A stretch of 63,874 nt of DNA, taken from Gracilinanus agilis. Its lineage: Eukaryota. Made by a program: the position numbers and the translations under genes. Location of the stretch: the NCBI RefSeq assembly GCF_016433145.1, contig NC_058131.1, positions 289,125,886 to 289,189,759 on the forward strand. Direction: 5' to 3'. This document shows, piece after piece, positions 22,126 through 35,200 of this stretch. Within the stretch, counting starts at the first letter, position 1. Every line of letters begins with the position of its first letter. The notes beneath the pieces were generated by a model. It was not told where the DNA came from. It was given only the letters and a program-made list of their open reading frames with translations, and did not search any database.

Positions 22126-23099
22126 GACTGTCTACTAACTGATGAACTTGTGGGTGACTGGTGGGTTCTGGAGAAGGCGGATCCTTAAAGGGCTACTGAG
22201 AGGTACACGTGGGAAGCTGGCGATTCTAACTAGTCCGGCCAGGAATGCATCGTCGGTTTGGGCTCCTAATTTCCTGCCCCAAAGGGCAGGGTACGGTGTC
22301 TAGAAAGACACCTAAGGGGTCATTTAAAACAACGCCCTCCGCTACCCTCGAAAATTATTAATTCTGGAGAGGGCTTTAGCTTTTTCATCATAGGGTGTAG
22401 AGTTGGAAGAAGCCTTAGAAATCAACTCAGACTGACTCCTTATGTCTGAGTTGTTTTAAGGTAGGAAGTTGAGAGAGAAAGAAGTGAAGGGGGTGGTAGC
22501 AACTGGGAACCTTTGGTCCTTTCTGTCCAGGTGACTACTTTTCTCTCCTCCCTAGTTAGTTCCTATTCTAATTGCCTTTCCCATCTCTCCTCCTTCTCCG
22601 TCTAATCACCCAGAATCTTTGAGCATTCCTCCTCCCTCTCCAATGTACCCTTCCATTCAGTGACGCTAACCTCCTAGCTGTTCCCTGAATAAGACACTTC
22701 ATCTTGGTTCCAGGCATTTTTACAGGCTGCTTCCCATGCCTGGAATCCTCTCTCTCCTCATCTCAGGTCTCATGGCTTCTTTCAAGACCCAGGCTAAAAA
22801 CTCACCTTCAACAGGAAGTTTTCCCAAGCCCCTTTTTCCCTCCGTGGATCTCATTTGCCCAGTTTATACACGTTGTCTACCCCATTAAATTGTGAAGAGT
22901 ACACTTCCAACACTTTCCTTTGTCACAGCAGTGGCCCCTAGATTTAAGCTGGAGAGGCCAGCATGACATGATATATAGTGCTAGAATTGGGAGACCAGAC
23001 GTGGGTTCCGATCCTGATTCAGACACTTACACAAACTATATGGTCCACAGTATGTATATCTCTAAAGCTACCGCCTCAACTGTAAAGTCTCCATCATAC

Positions 23100-24031
23100 T
23101 TGCACTACCTCCTAGGTGCTGGAGATGGGCACTGGATAGTGAAGGGGCCGTAACAGAAACAGGATCCTCATACTGAGATTTTGTATTTCTCACCAAGTGG
23201 CACTAGTTAACTGTCAACTGCCAGATCTGTGGTTTCAGCATTAGTCAAGCAGGGACTGCAGAATCTGTTATCCATTTTGTATCATCAATCACCTGTACTG
23301 GTTCTGTAATGTTCTATCTTGGGCATCATCTTTGTGCCGATTTTATATTATTTACTCATACTGTTCTTTACTTTAGTTCTGAATTGTTAAGACATTTAAT
23401 TACCCACAGTGGTCATCTACCATACTGTACCCCCCCCCCCTCATGTTCCCATTCCAGAAGGGTAGTGAGATATCTCCCACAGTGACAAATGATGACAGGC
23501 AAGACCACAGGGAAACATGGGACATGTGCACTAAGGGGTCTGGCAGTCCAGGGGAATCCTCCCAAACCTGTGCATGCTCCTTATTCCCTTTCTGGTGCCC
23601 CCCAAATTCACCTATGACAAGTCAAACCCCAAACCATACCTTCACCTGAATCCTGCCATACCCATTTTCCAGGGTTTTCAGGAAAGGTGGCAACTCCCCT
23701 CAAATGGGAGATAACTGGCCCCCTAGTCCCTAAAAAATATGCAAACCCTGATCCACACCTCAGATTGTGACTCCACACCTGGAGCTGCTATTCTATCAGT
23801 CCTAGAGCTGCCACACCATTAGCTCCTGGGATAGTAGGCTATCCTACTAGCCCTAGGCTAATCCATCAGTCCCAAGGCTATCTGATTAGCCCCCAGGCTA
23901 CTCCACCAGCTATTAGGCTATTTCACTACCTTAAACCTCTACAGATAAAATTCTTTTCTTGCTTCAGGAGTTGGAGCCTCCCATTCTTGGAGTCAGATCT
24001 TGCTACAGATTTGGGTGTTTCTCCCACAACA
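23100..24031 (+). mobile_element. LTR-like element with internal ~20-bp tandem repeats, possibly preceded by an env remnant
   Basis: Ends ...tctcccacaaca with a GATAAA-type signal upstream. Five AGGCTA-anchored units at 23836-23920. A hydrophobic stretch SILGIIFVPILYYLLILFF lies near 23310-23390. Confidence 0.5.
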
Positions 24032-26230
24032 TAGAGTTATGAGGAAAAGGGTTTTGCAAATCTTAAAAGCACGATGTAAATATGAAGAGATCTTAGAAAT
24101 CCTTTAAAATTGTAGAATGGGAATTGGAAGAGACCACAGATTGGCTTACAGCTCAACAAAAATACCCTGTTTAGCATCCCTGACAAGTGGTCATTTGAAC
24201 TCCTCTAGAAGATTTCCAGTTATGAGAAACTCATTTCATAGATGAGAACACTGTATGAAGCCCAGAAGGGAAGTAACTTATCCAAAGTTATAAAGTTACT
24301 TAATGGCAGGAAGAAGTGCTGTTTCTCACTTGACCCCCATTGCCCACCCTTACCACTCTTCCACCTAGGAGCTAATACACAAAGTTAAGGGTTTAAAAAA
24401 AAAAAAAGTGCTGTTTCTCATGTACCATGGCTAGGCTTTAAGTTTGTATCCATATTCTGCACTTTGGGGTATCTTGTAGAACTACTGAATGTTTATACCT
24501 CCAGGGACCTCAGAGATCACCTTACCCAATATCCTCATTATACACATGGGAACACTGATTCAAGAGGGGAAATGGCTTGCCAAATGACACACAAACTATA
24601 AATAGAACCTGTTTCTCCTGCTGCTCAAGCCCAGTGATTAAAGTTCATACAGTAAACAAAAATAATTTCTTTTTAGTCAGGTACCCAGAGACTGTGTCCT
24701 GTGCCTTCTAGTTGACGGAGTCCTATTCACAGCTTCATCTTTTTTTAAACCCTTACCTTCCAACACAGAACCAATATTGTTCTAAGGCAGAAGAGTAGTA
24801 AGGGCTGGGCAACTGGGGTTAAGTAACTTGCCCAAGGTCACACAACTAGAAGTATTTGAGGCCTGAATCCAGGATCTCCCATCTCCAGGCCTAGCTCTCT
24901 ATCCACTGAGCCATCCAGCTGCTCCCCTCTTCAGAGTTTCTTTAGAGAGGAAGAACCTCATTTTTATGTTGTTTCTAGAACAGCAGAATCACTCCCTTGT
25001 TACAATGGAGGGCAATCCACCAGAGATACCCACAATTATTCCAGACTTATTTGACTAACAAGTCCTTGCATCTGGACCTCTTCTCTGTTCTCTATCAGAG
25101 GAATTAGGAATCAGTTGTTTGTCAGTGCTCTGGGGAATGGATTTAAAAGGTTTGATGAGGCAAGAAGGCATACCCATTTTCCTTCTAGCCTGTATTCCTA
25201 TGGGGTGGAAGTGGGAAGAGACAAGGTAGGTCATGTCCTATTGCAGTTTGGTATAGTGCAAAGAGCATGAGATATCTGAGTCAGGACATGAGTCCCAGCT
25301 ATCATTTTCAAACTGTCTTTCCAGGTCTGTTTCCTCATGGAAACTACCCTTACAGTCCATCTTAGAATCAATACTAAGTACTGGTTCCAAGGCAGAAGAA
25401 TGGTTAAAGACTAAGCAACAGGGTTTAAGTGACTTCTCTGGGGTCATACAGCTAGGAAATATCCAAGTCTAAATTTGAACCAAGATTCTCCTGACTCCAG
25501 GTTTGGCACTTTCTACTGTGCTATCTGGGTGCCCCAAAATACTGCTACTTCTACCACCTACTAGGATATTGGACCAGACACAGCACCTGATTTTTGCATG
25601 TCTCAAGTATTAGTCTATCATAATTATCTGTGTATGAATTAAACAAAATATGTTTGAGGAAATGTGTCAGGGATACAAAGACAAAAAAATTCCTGTCTTC
25701 TAAGAATTTACATATTATATGGGGGGAGAGTATGGTGAGAAACATATGAATAGTAATGGATTTTTCCTTTCATTACTTTTCATTTCATTCTTTCATTACA
25801 GTATGGGTAAATGCTGGAACTCATCCACAATTTAGAAATTACTAAGTCCTATCTAGTGCAAAGGTAGGATTTGAACCCACATCCTTGAAGATTCTAAGCC
25901 TAGTATTACACTCACCTTTTCTCCAGAGCATCTGGTGGCTCTTTTCTAGATATATTATTCTCCACAGCATGTTGTACCATTTGTATTTATTACAAATCAT
26001 TCAACTTTCCAACCCAATAAATTCACAAAAACAGAAAACCAAGTATGCCTTTCTGGGGGTGCTGAACAGACACCAGCTGCAAACTAGTTTGGGTCCTAAG
26101 TTTAAGATACCCTTGGAGAAAAGGCTCAGGAACAGCTGTGTAGCCAAAAAGTCAAAGGTGGGGGCACCTATCTGCATCCCCTCTGAGGGCCACTTGAGGA
26201 AAGCTACCAGGGGCAACCAAGAAGTTGGCA

Positions 26231-29200
26231 TCATGTCTCAGGAGGCACTTCACTAGGACGATGTTCATTTTCAGTCCTGAGTGTTTCCATGTATTTCCTC
26301 ATCTTCTCTGCCATCCAGGAAGGAGGGACAAAGGGCTTTAGTTCTTCCATCTTCAGGTCCAGGCAGCCCCTGGAGAGGCATTGGTTAGGGGAAAGGAGGG
26401 AAGAAGAATGTAGTAAAGATAAGAGATTGCTGTCTGAAGGTGGAGCTGGCCATTGGGGACAACACTAGGGGGATCCTGAGGCTAGTTGCAGGGGTTTCTC
26501 ACCTGTAGTCATCACTGGCAGCTAGGTCTCTAATGTCCTCTTCAATGAGGAGATAAGCCTGTAAGGCACAGAAGAAAGGAGAATGGTCAGAGATAACCAG
26601 CGCCTTTGGGCTTCCCTCACTGCTTCCAAGATGGCAGAAGGGAGCTCTTAGAAGAAATTCTAGTCTAGTGAAAGGCAGCCACATGGGTTATATCATACAA
26701 GAGAAATTAGATTCATTCTTCTTGATCCTAGAAGGAACAAGAATACCTATTTGTGAAAATCATATAATTAATTAGTTAATTAAAACCCTTACCTTCCATC
26801 TTAGAATCAATACTGTGTTTTGGTTCCAAGGCAGAAGAATGGTAAGGGATCAGCAATGGGGGTTAAGTGACTTGCCCAGGGTCACATAGCTAGGGAGTAC
26901 CTGAGGCCAGATTTGAACCTAGGACCTTCTGGTCTCTAGGTTTGGTTCTCAATCCACTGAGCTACCCAGCTATCCCCTATAGATATATTTTAGTTCAATG
27001 TAAGGAAACTATTTCTAACAAACTGGCTTTTTGTCATTCTGGTCTTTTTCAGTCATGTCTGATTCTTTGCCTGACCCTTTTGTGGTTTTCTTAGCAAAGA
27101 TACTAGAGTGTATTTTCTGTATTAGGGGTACTTAAGTAGATGTAAGGGCCAGAAATGTATGGGGTAAAAATAAAAGGGTTGGACTAAATTTATCAGTGTG
27201 GTCACCAGGAATTAATCAATTCCAAATGATTTTTTAGCAATTTATTTATAAAATAGAGGGAATGAGTGCAAGTAGAGAAATGAGAAAGAGGGCAGAGTAA
27301 GAGATCTAGTTTAAGGAGCTAGACTATTTGCTCAAGCCCTGGCTTACTTCAGCAGGGCTCCAGAAGCCCAAGCCAGAGGCCTAGGGGTCAATTAAACAAG
27401 GGTTTTAGCTACGAGGCCTCCTCCCAGACAAGGGGCCTCTTCAGAGGCTAGTACTTCCAGAACAAGCCAAGGAAAGGAGTCAGCCTTTTTTCACTCACCC
27501 ACATGGTAGTTCTAAGGGAAAATAGAAAGCAGTCCTAGGTCCTCAGCTGGAGCTCCTCTAGGGTCAAGTTCAAGGCCAAAGACCTCCTCATAGGAAGTTC
27601 TTGCCACTTATAAAGATCATTCCTTTCATCACTTCCTGTGCCTTCCTTCCACTTTACATATACCAATTACAGCTAAAGCTTTGCTTAGGACTGACCAAGG
27701 GGCAGTCAGTTGATTCTTATTCGTAACTCACTATAGCACACGTGGGTCACAGACCTTCCCATACTTTAAGGATAAGTGGGGTGTATATGCTTCAGGTGAT
27801 TAAATCTAAAAATGGGTAGGGGAAGAGTTAATCCCATCTTCACACAGCCCAGTGGATAGAACACTGGGCCTAGAGTCAGGAAGACCCAAGTTCAAATCCT
27901 GACTCAAATACTCACTAGCTGGGTGACCCTGGACAAGTCATTTAACTTCTGTTTATTTCAGTTTCCTCAACTGTAAAATGGAGATAATAAAAGTACCTAA
28001 CTCCCAGAGTTGTTGTGAGGATCAAATGAGATAATATTAGTAAAGCTTAGTTTAGTGCTGGCACATAGTAAGCATCATGCAAATGTTAGTTGTTTTTTAT
28101 ATCTACCTATCTGTATGTGTATATGTTTTCCTCAAAAGAATTTGAATTCTTCAATGGCAAAGGCTCTGTGGTTTTCTGTCTATGTCCCTAGCATGGTATC
28201 CAGAACAGGTGTTTAGTAAATGCATGTTAAGTGACTGAAGAGCTCTCATTCTTTGGCACTTTAAAGTTTCCAAACAGCTTTATGAGGTGGGTGATACAAA
28301 TATTATTATCCATATTTTACAGCTAAGGAAACTGAAGCTCTGAGAAGTAAATAGACTTGTCCAAAGTTACCCAGCTACAAAGAGCCACAATTCACAAATG
28401 GAATTAGTCCATTTATACAATAGTGGAAAGAGCACTAATTTTAGAAAGAGGACCTGGGGTCAAATTCCACTTCTGATGATTACTATTTTTGTGGCTTGTG
28501 AAAGTTACTTCATTGCTCTGGGCCTTAGCAATCTATAAAGAGAGGCTGAGATGAAATTGTTTCTAGAATTCTCTTCTGGCTCTAGATTAACAATCCCACT
28601 CCTACTGGCTAGAAACTGAAGACACCTGTCTTCTTCAGGGTCAGAAGTATCTTCTTTCATCTCCCCAACCAAGCCCTGAAAACTGACCCCCATCCCTGAG
28701 CTCCTTTCTCAGGAGCCCCTGGAGACACTTACCATTTTGCCACCAGTGGCCCTCATGTGGTGTTGTTCAGCTAGCCAGTGCTTGTCCTGGGGATCAGCTG
28801 CATACTGTAGGGAAGGGAACCACAGGGTGGGACAGATCAGCCTGGTCTGGCCTTCCCCTGATTCATGTCCCCCAACCCCTTTTCTCTTTGTTGAATCTCA
28901 TGGGTAAACACAGCCTTATCTTGGTCTTAGGTAGCAACACATGGTCCTTGGGATTAGCAGTTCTCATCAACTATTTTTTTTAACCTTACCTTCCATCTTA
29001 CAATCAATACTGTGCATTAGTTCCAAGGCAGAAGAGGGATAAGGGGGAGATTAAGTGACTTGCCTAGGGTCACACAAGCTAGGAAGTGTCTGAGGCCATA
29101 TTTGAACCTAGGACTTCCTATCTCTAGATCTACTGAGTCACCTAGCTGCCCCCTTAACTATTTGTAAGCATAAAGATCAGATCCAGTGGGGACCAAGTCA

Positions 29201-32200
29201 CATTTGTCCTTCAGTCCTTGTCTACCTTTTCTAGCACAGGTGGTCTCAAATACCAGGCTGCCCGCTGAGGTAGGATGGGTTGCTGCTCTTGCTCACTCTA
29301 TTTCCATAAAGGTTTTGGCCTGTGTTTTGCTATGGGTGTGGTAAGTTTCTCAGGTGTGTCATGCTAGGAGGGTTGTTCTGCCATGCTTAAGTATTGCCAA
29401 GTCCAAACACATTTATAAAGTGCATTTCTAAAGTCATTCAGCCACCCAAGAAACTTTTAGGCAAATTTAAAGATAAAATAGTTAAAATTCATTTCTATAG
29501 TATTGTGGTTTGTAAAATGCTTACAACTCTGTGAGGTGCCTAGAGTTAAGTATAATTAATCCTATTTTAGTGATAAAGAAGTTGGTGTTCAAAAATAAGG
29601 GAACTTACCTATGACCACATAGCTAATGTGGGAACTGGGATCTGAATTCCTCCCCTAATTCTAAATTTATTTTTTATACTACCAGGCTACCTTTCCAACC
29701 ATTAAAACAACAACAACAATTAAAAAAACCCTTTACCTTCTTTTTTAGTATTAGTTTTAACAGAAGAGGAGTAAAGGCTAGGCAATTGGGGTTAAGCAAC
29801 TTGCCCAGGGTCACAAAGTTAGGAAGTATCTGAGGCCACTTTTGAACCCAGGTCCTCTTAACTCCAGACCACATGCTCTATATCTGCTCTGCTACCTAGC
29901 TGTTCCATGTCTTATTTTCATAGAATCATAGACTTAGAGCTGGAAGAGACATCAGAAGTCAACTAATCAACCCCTTTTATTTCATTAAAAAAAAACAACC
30001 AAACAAAACTTCTTACCTTCTGTCTTAGGAACAATTTTAAGTTAGAAGAGTGGCAAGAGGTAGGCAATAGGCTTTAAGTGATTTGTTCAGGGTCACATAG
30101 CTAAGAAGTGTCTGAGACCAGATTTAAATTCAGGAGCTCCCACTTCCAAGCCTAGTTCTCATCCACTTTACTACCCAGCTGCCCCCTTTCCATCCATTCT
30201 TGTGAGGTTTGTATGGCAGTATGTACTTCCGAGGTATCAGTGAGTGTATCTTCTATGAGGTGATTCTAGTGTCAAACCTTATAGCTCTCCTTTTTTCTCA
30301 TCCTTTCTAGGATTCCCTAAACCCTTTATAATCCCATTCTCAACACAAACCAAACCCAATTAGATTAAGATAAACAAGATAACAATTATTTTCTAACAAT
30401 TATATTTTACCTTTGTCTCATATTTCTGATAGGATCAGATTCTCACCTGAATTTAGTTTTCCATCCTGTAGATAGGGCTGGGGGAGAACAGGTGATAACA
30501 ATGGCAGAGAATAAGCTTTGAATGAAAAGATACTGGCCAGGAACAAAGTAGGGAAGTGCCCAGGTTTTTTGGGTATGTTCAACAACTGAGGCAAATGCTG
30601 ACAAGTTGTTGAACTGAAGAAGCTAGCTCTAGCCTTTCAATATCTTCATAAAAATTCTACACCAGAGTTGAGACCTTGGAAGTCCAATGTAGAATCTCAC
30701 TGATAAGGAAACTGAGGCTCAGAGTGTGAAGCAGCTTGCTCTAGGTCCAGTACTGAGCTGGTAGCAGAGCTTGATCTAGAATCCAGGTACCCTTTTTTTT
30801 AATTTTAATTTTTAATTTTTTAATTTTAAACCCTTAACTTCCGTGTATTGGCTCCTAGGCAGAAGAGTGGTAAGGGTAGGCAATGGGGGTCAAGTGACTT
30901 GACCAGGGTCACACAGCTGTCTGAGGCCAGATTTGAACCTAAGACCTCCTGTCTCTAGGCCTGGCTCTCAATCCACTAAGCTACCCAGCTGCCCCCAGCC
31001 AGGTACCTTTTTACTTTCTGTTCAGAATTCTTTCCACTGTAACCTGTGCTGCCAGGATGGCAGTCATTCCATTGCTGGCTCCCTTATGTCATCTTTCCTG
31101 GCAACTGTTTCCTCCTATTCCAGAAGGGAATGTTTCTGGGTAGTCATGACCCTTACCTTAAAGAGGTGTGGATGCTTGATATAGATCCGCCCTCGGGTAC
31201 CTCCCATGCCAAGGGCCCTGAAATAATACCAATGGAGAGAGTCAGAGTTTTTCTAGCAAGGTAAAGAGAGGTCAGTGTCCTCTTCCAAGACTGTGCTAAT
31301 TATGGGACGATTGTGCTGCTCCCTCCCAGAAACATCAAAGACCAAGTTCTTACTTGTTGGCCCTAGAGCCCAGCACAAAGGTAGTAGATTCATTCAGTCG
31401 GGCTGGATCCCACTGGGTAAAGAGCAGAGATTTAGGAGGTGAGAATGTTAGGCAGGACAGATAATCACACCTTGACCTTTAATTAATCAATTACAATAGC
31501 TCTTCATAAAATCACAAGCCTGTGAAATAGGAAGATGTAAGTATTATCAGGGCCCACATTTTAAGGATGAGGAAACTGAACCTCAGAAAGAGAAAATGAA
31601 TTGATCAGTTCCACAGCTAGTAAGTGCCAAAGTTACCTTCTGTCTTGGAATCAAAACTACGCATTGTTTTATATAGCAGTAAGGGCTAGTAAAAGGGGTT
31701 AAGTGACTTGCCCAAGGTTACACAGGTAGGAAGTATCTGAGACCAGATTTTAACTTAAATTTTCCTGTCTCTAGGCTTAGCTCTCTATCAACTGAGTCAC
31801 CCAGTTGTCCTTTAAAAGAGATCTTAGAAGGAGAGCCTACTTCATCTTCTTTAGCTTACACAGGAAGAAATCAAGACCCAGAAGGGAAGTGGTTTTCCCA
31901 AGGTCACCTTTCTAAAAACTGGGATTTGAACACAAGGTCATCTCACTTGAAGCCTAGTGTTCTTTCCACTGAAATATTCTCAAATTTATTATGAAATTTA
32001 TTCAACAAATATTTTTTGAGCATTTCCCAGTTCTGTGAATAAAGATTCATAAACACATTGGTTTCTTGTCTGAGAGGAATTTACAGTTTTGTTGGAGAAA
32101 TAAGATGTACACAGATAAGACATCACAGTAGCAGGCTAAGTGCAGAATCCTGGTTTATAAATAAAAAGCATAGATAACATTCATCTCCAGAAAAGAAGAT

Positions 32201-35200
32201 ATTAATGAAGTCTGAAATAAATCACAGAAAGCTTCATGGAGAAGACAGGATTTAAGTTGGATGAGTAATTTAGATAGGTAGCCAAGCAAAAGGAAGACAT
32301 TTTGCGGTCTGCCTAGAATTTATGGAAACCATAGATTACTAAACCAGTGAGCTTAAGGTCTGTGGAATAGATAGTATTCTCAACAGGGAACCAAATCCTG
32401 TTCTCTATTTCCACTCAGGATGGTGTACTGGAATGAGCATTAGATTTGGAATCAATAAGACTCGAGTTCAAGTCTGGCAACACCATGTAATTTGGGTCAA
32501 GTCACTTCTCTCATGGCTTAGCTATGCAGCCAAAAAAATGGTTAGACTAATACCCCCTACTTACCTCATAGATTTCTGTGAGAAAAGCAATCTGTAAAGT
32601 GCTATAGAAATGTGAACTATTGACCCACCTCAGAATACCCACACATCCCACAGATGAAAACAAGACTCCCCACTTTTCCCAATGTGTTGTAGGACAGAAA
32701 GTAACTTTCCAGAGTCTTTGGGGACCAGAAAACAGGGCCCAATCTGAGCAGACAATCACAGTCACAGTCAAATACTATACCTTAGGACCCTCCCTCCGAA
32801 TTGGTTCACAGGATTTTGGTTTCCACCTGGGAGGGAAAGAAAGAAGAATCAGCAACTGTTCAGAGAGTTTGCAAGGTCAGCGGTTAAGACTTTACTTTAG
32901 CTCAGAGTAGTCAGAGCAGAAGAAGATATTCTAGTCATATTTCTGTTACTGTTTAGCCGTGTCACCAGGGCCAACTCTGTTGTGTATTGTCAGTTTCTCC
33001 ATTTACAAAAGGAGATAAAATTCCTGTACAAATTTCAGACTGAACAAATGGTTGTTGGAACTAATTTCTTTAAGTTAAGCATTCACCTTTCCTTTCTTTT
33101 AACAAACAGAAAACCATTCAAGTGTCTATATTACCAATAATCTCTTTTTAATGATGTCTTCCATGACTGTTTTTAGGGAGTGGGGATTAATTTTGTATTT
33201 ACTAGTATCTGCATAATGCATCAAAATGTATTATTTATGAAGTGCTTTCTTTTACCTTCTGTCTTTGAATCAATACTGTGTATTGGTTCCAAGGCAGAAG
33301 AGCAGTAAGGGCTAGGCAATGGGAGCTAAGTGACTTGACCAGGGTCACACAGCTAGGAAGTGTCTGAGGCCAGATTTGAAACTAGGACCTTCTGTCTTTA
33401 GGCCTGGCTCTCAATCCACTGAGCCACCCAGCTGCCTCCCAAAATGTATTATTTGAAATTAGAAAAATAATAATACTTTCTCCTAGGGATATTGTGAAGA
33501 GGAAGTAATATAATCTATATAAACATGCCATGAAAAGTTTAAGTATTACAAACAGAAGCCGAGGAGGAATATTAATCTTCTCATCTAATTCTCTTCCCTA
33601 ATTACTTAAGACATTTGGGATTTTCATTAGCACTGCCCCTTGGATCCAATTTAACTGTGTGGAAAGTCCTTGCCTCCTCTTTCTTATTTGCTTCAGATTG
33701 TGATTACTATTAACAGCTGATATTTATATGGCACCTTCTAGGTCAGAGACAGGCAAACTTCCGGCCCCCCTGAAATATTCTATCCCCCAGCAACATTATT
33801 CTTAATCTGATGAATACAATGAGTAGGATACAATACAATGAAACTTCAAAAGAGTTGCCTTAGAAACAGACTGACAGATGAGCATTTCCTTTCCTTTGGC
33901 CCCCTCTTTAAAAAGTTTGCCCAACACTGTTCTAGGTTATAAAGTGCCTTACATCCACACTCGGAATTGATCACCAAAACAACCCTGTGAGGCAGGTAAA
34001 GCAGGCTTCATTCATTTTCTATCTTATAGATAAAGAAGCTGAAGCTCAGATACTGTGATTTGCTCAGTCACAAAGCTAGTATATCCATGGCTCCTGACTC
34101 CAAATCCAGTGTTCTTGCAACCAGGCAACAGCTTCCCTCTCCTTCACTCATGCAGTAACACCCCATCTTGTTCCTTAACCTCATCCCTCCTCACTAGATG
34201 CCAGCTAGAAAGCCCCAGATCCCAGTTCCTACTTACACCATGCCGGAAGTTGATCTGTCATTTGAAAGGATGTGTCCTGGAGGCCGGCCCTTCCTCTGAA
34301 ATAGAAAATGGCCTGTCAGAAGGGGATTTTGCCTTCAGAGTCTGAGCCAGTTGGGATCTCCTCTGCCCACTATTCTATCCTGGGTAGCCTGCTATGAGAG
34401 TTTGAAGGTTCCACTATTTAGGGCTTGGGGTGAAGGGATAAGGTCCAGATTCTCTAGGAAGCCTAGGATTTCCCATGTAAGCCTAACTGATTTCTTCCCA
34501 GCCATCAGATGGAATAGGGATGGACACACAATTTTTTTTTTTACCTTTTTTGGGATAGGGCTTCCTCGATGGGCACATTCTTCATCTGCTTGCCGGCCTC
34601 GCTGGGAGAGGAGAGAGGAAAGTCAGAGGGCAGTGAAGTCTCAGGAGAGTCCACCTGACTTCTTGACAATGCTGTAGAGGATATACCTTACAGGCATATG
34701 CTACTGACGGACACCACATCCTCTAGGAGTATGGTGGCATCCTCCCCAGGTCCCAGAAAGAGATGCAATCTATCGTATGCTACTCAGCTGCAGTGCCACT
34801 AAAAGATGGTCAGACTGAATTCCCAGCTGTTGGCATATACTTAATCCTCCCTGAAATTGGACCACTCTAACCCAATTATGTTCCCAGGACAAAGCAGCTC
34901 TGACCTTCATCCCGGGAAGTTCGTGAGTCAGTCTGGGTATCGCTTTCTCCCCATCTGAAAACAGCAGTTTAGCCTAAGAGGAGATGGCAGAGGTTAGGAA
35001 AAAATCTAGCAAAAGAACTGTAGAAGAGGTGGAAGCTCATTCCCTGCCTAGTTTAAGTGTGCCTTTATTCATCTCTCTGGAACACTCTACCTTTGACTAA
35101 TACCTCTAAATGATGCTCTGAATACTATTAATTACAACATTGGGCCTAAGTAGGTCCATTCTCTGAAGAGCATACAGAGATTTAGACATGATATCATTCT

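Noticed and set aside
23836-23930. CRISPR-like repeat-spacer array
   Set aside because: Eukaryotic DNA, a 6-bp anchor only, mutually similar spacers and no cas genes; it is a degenerate minisatellite.
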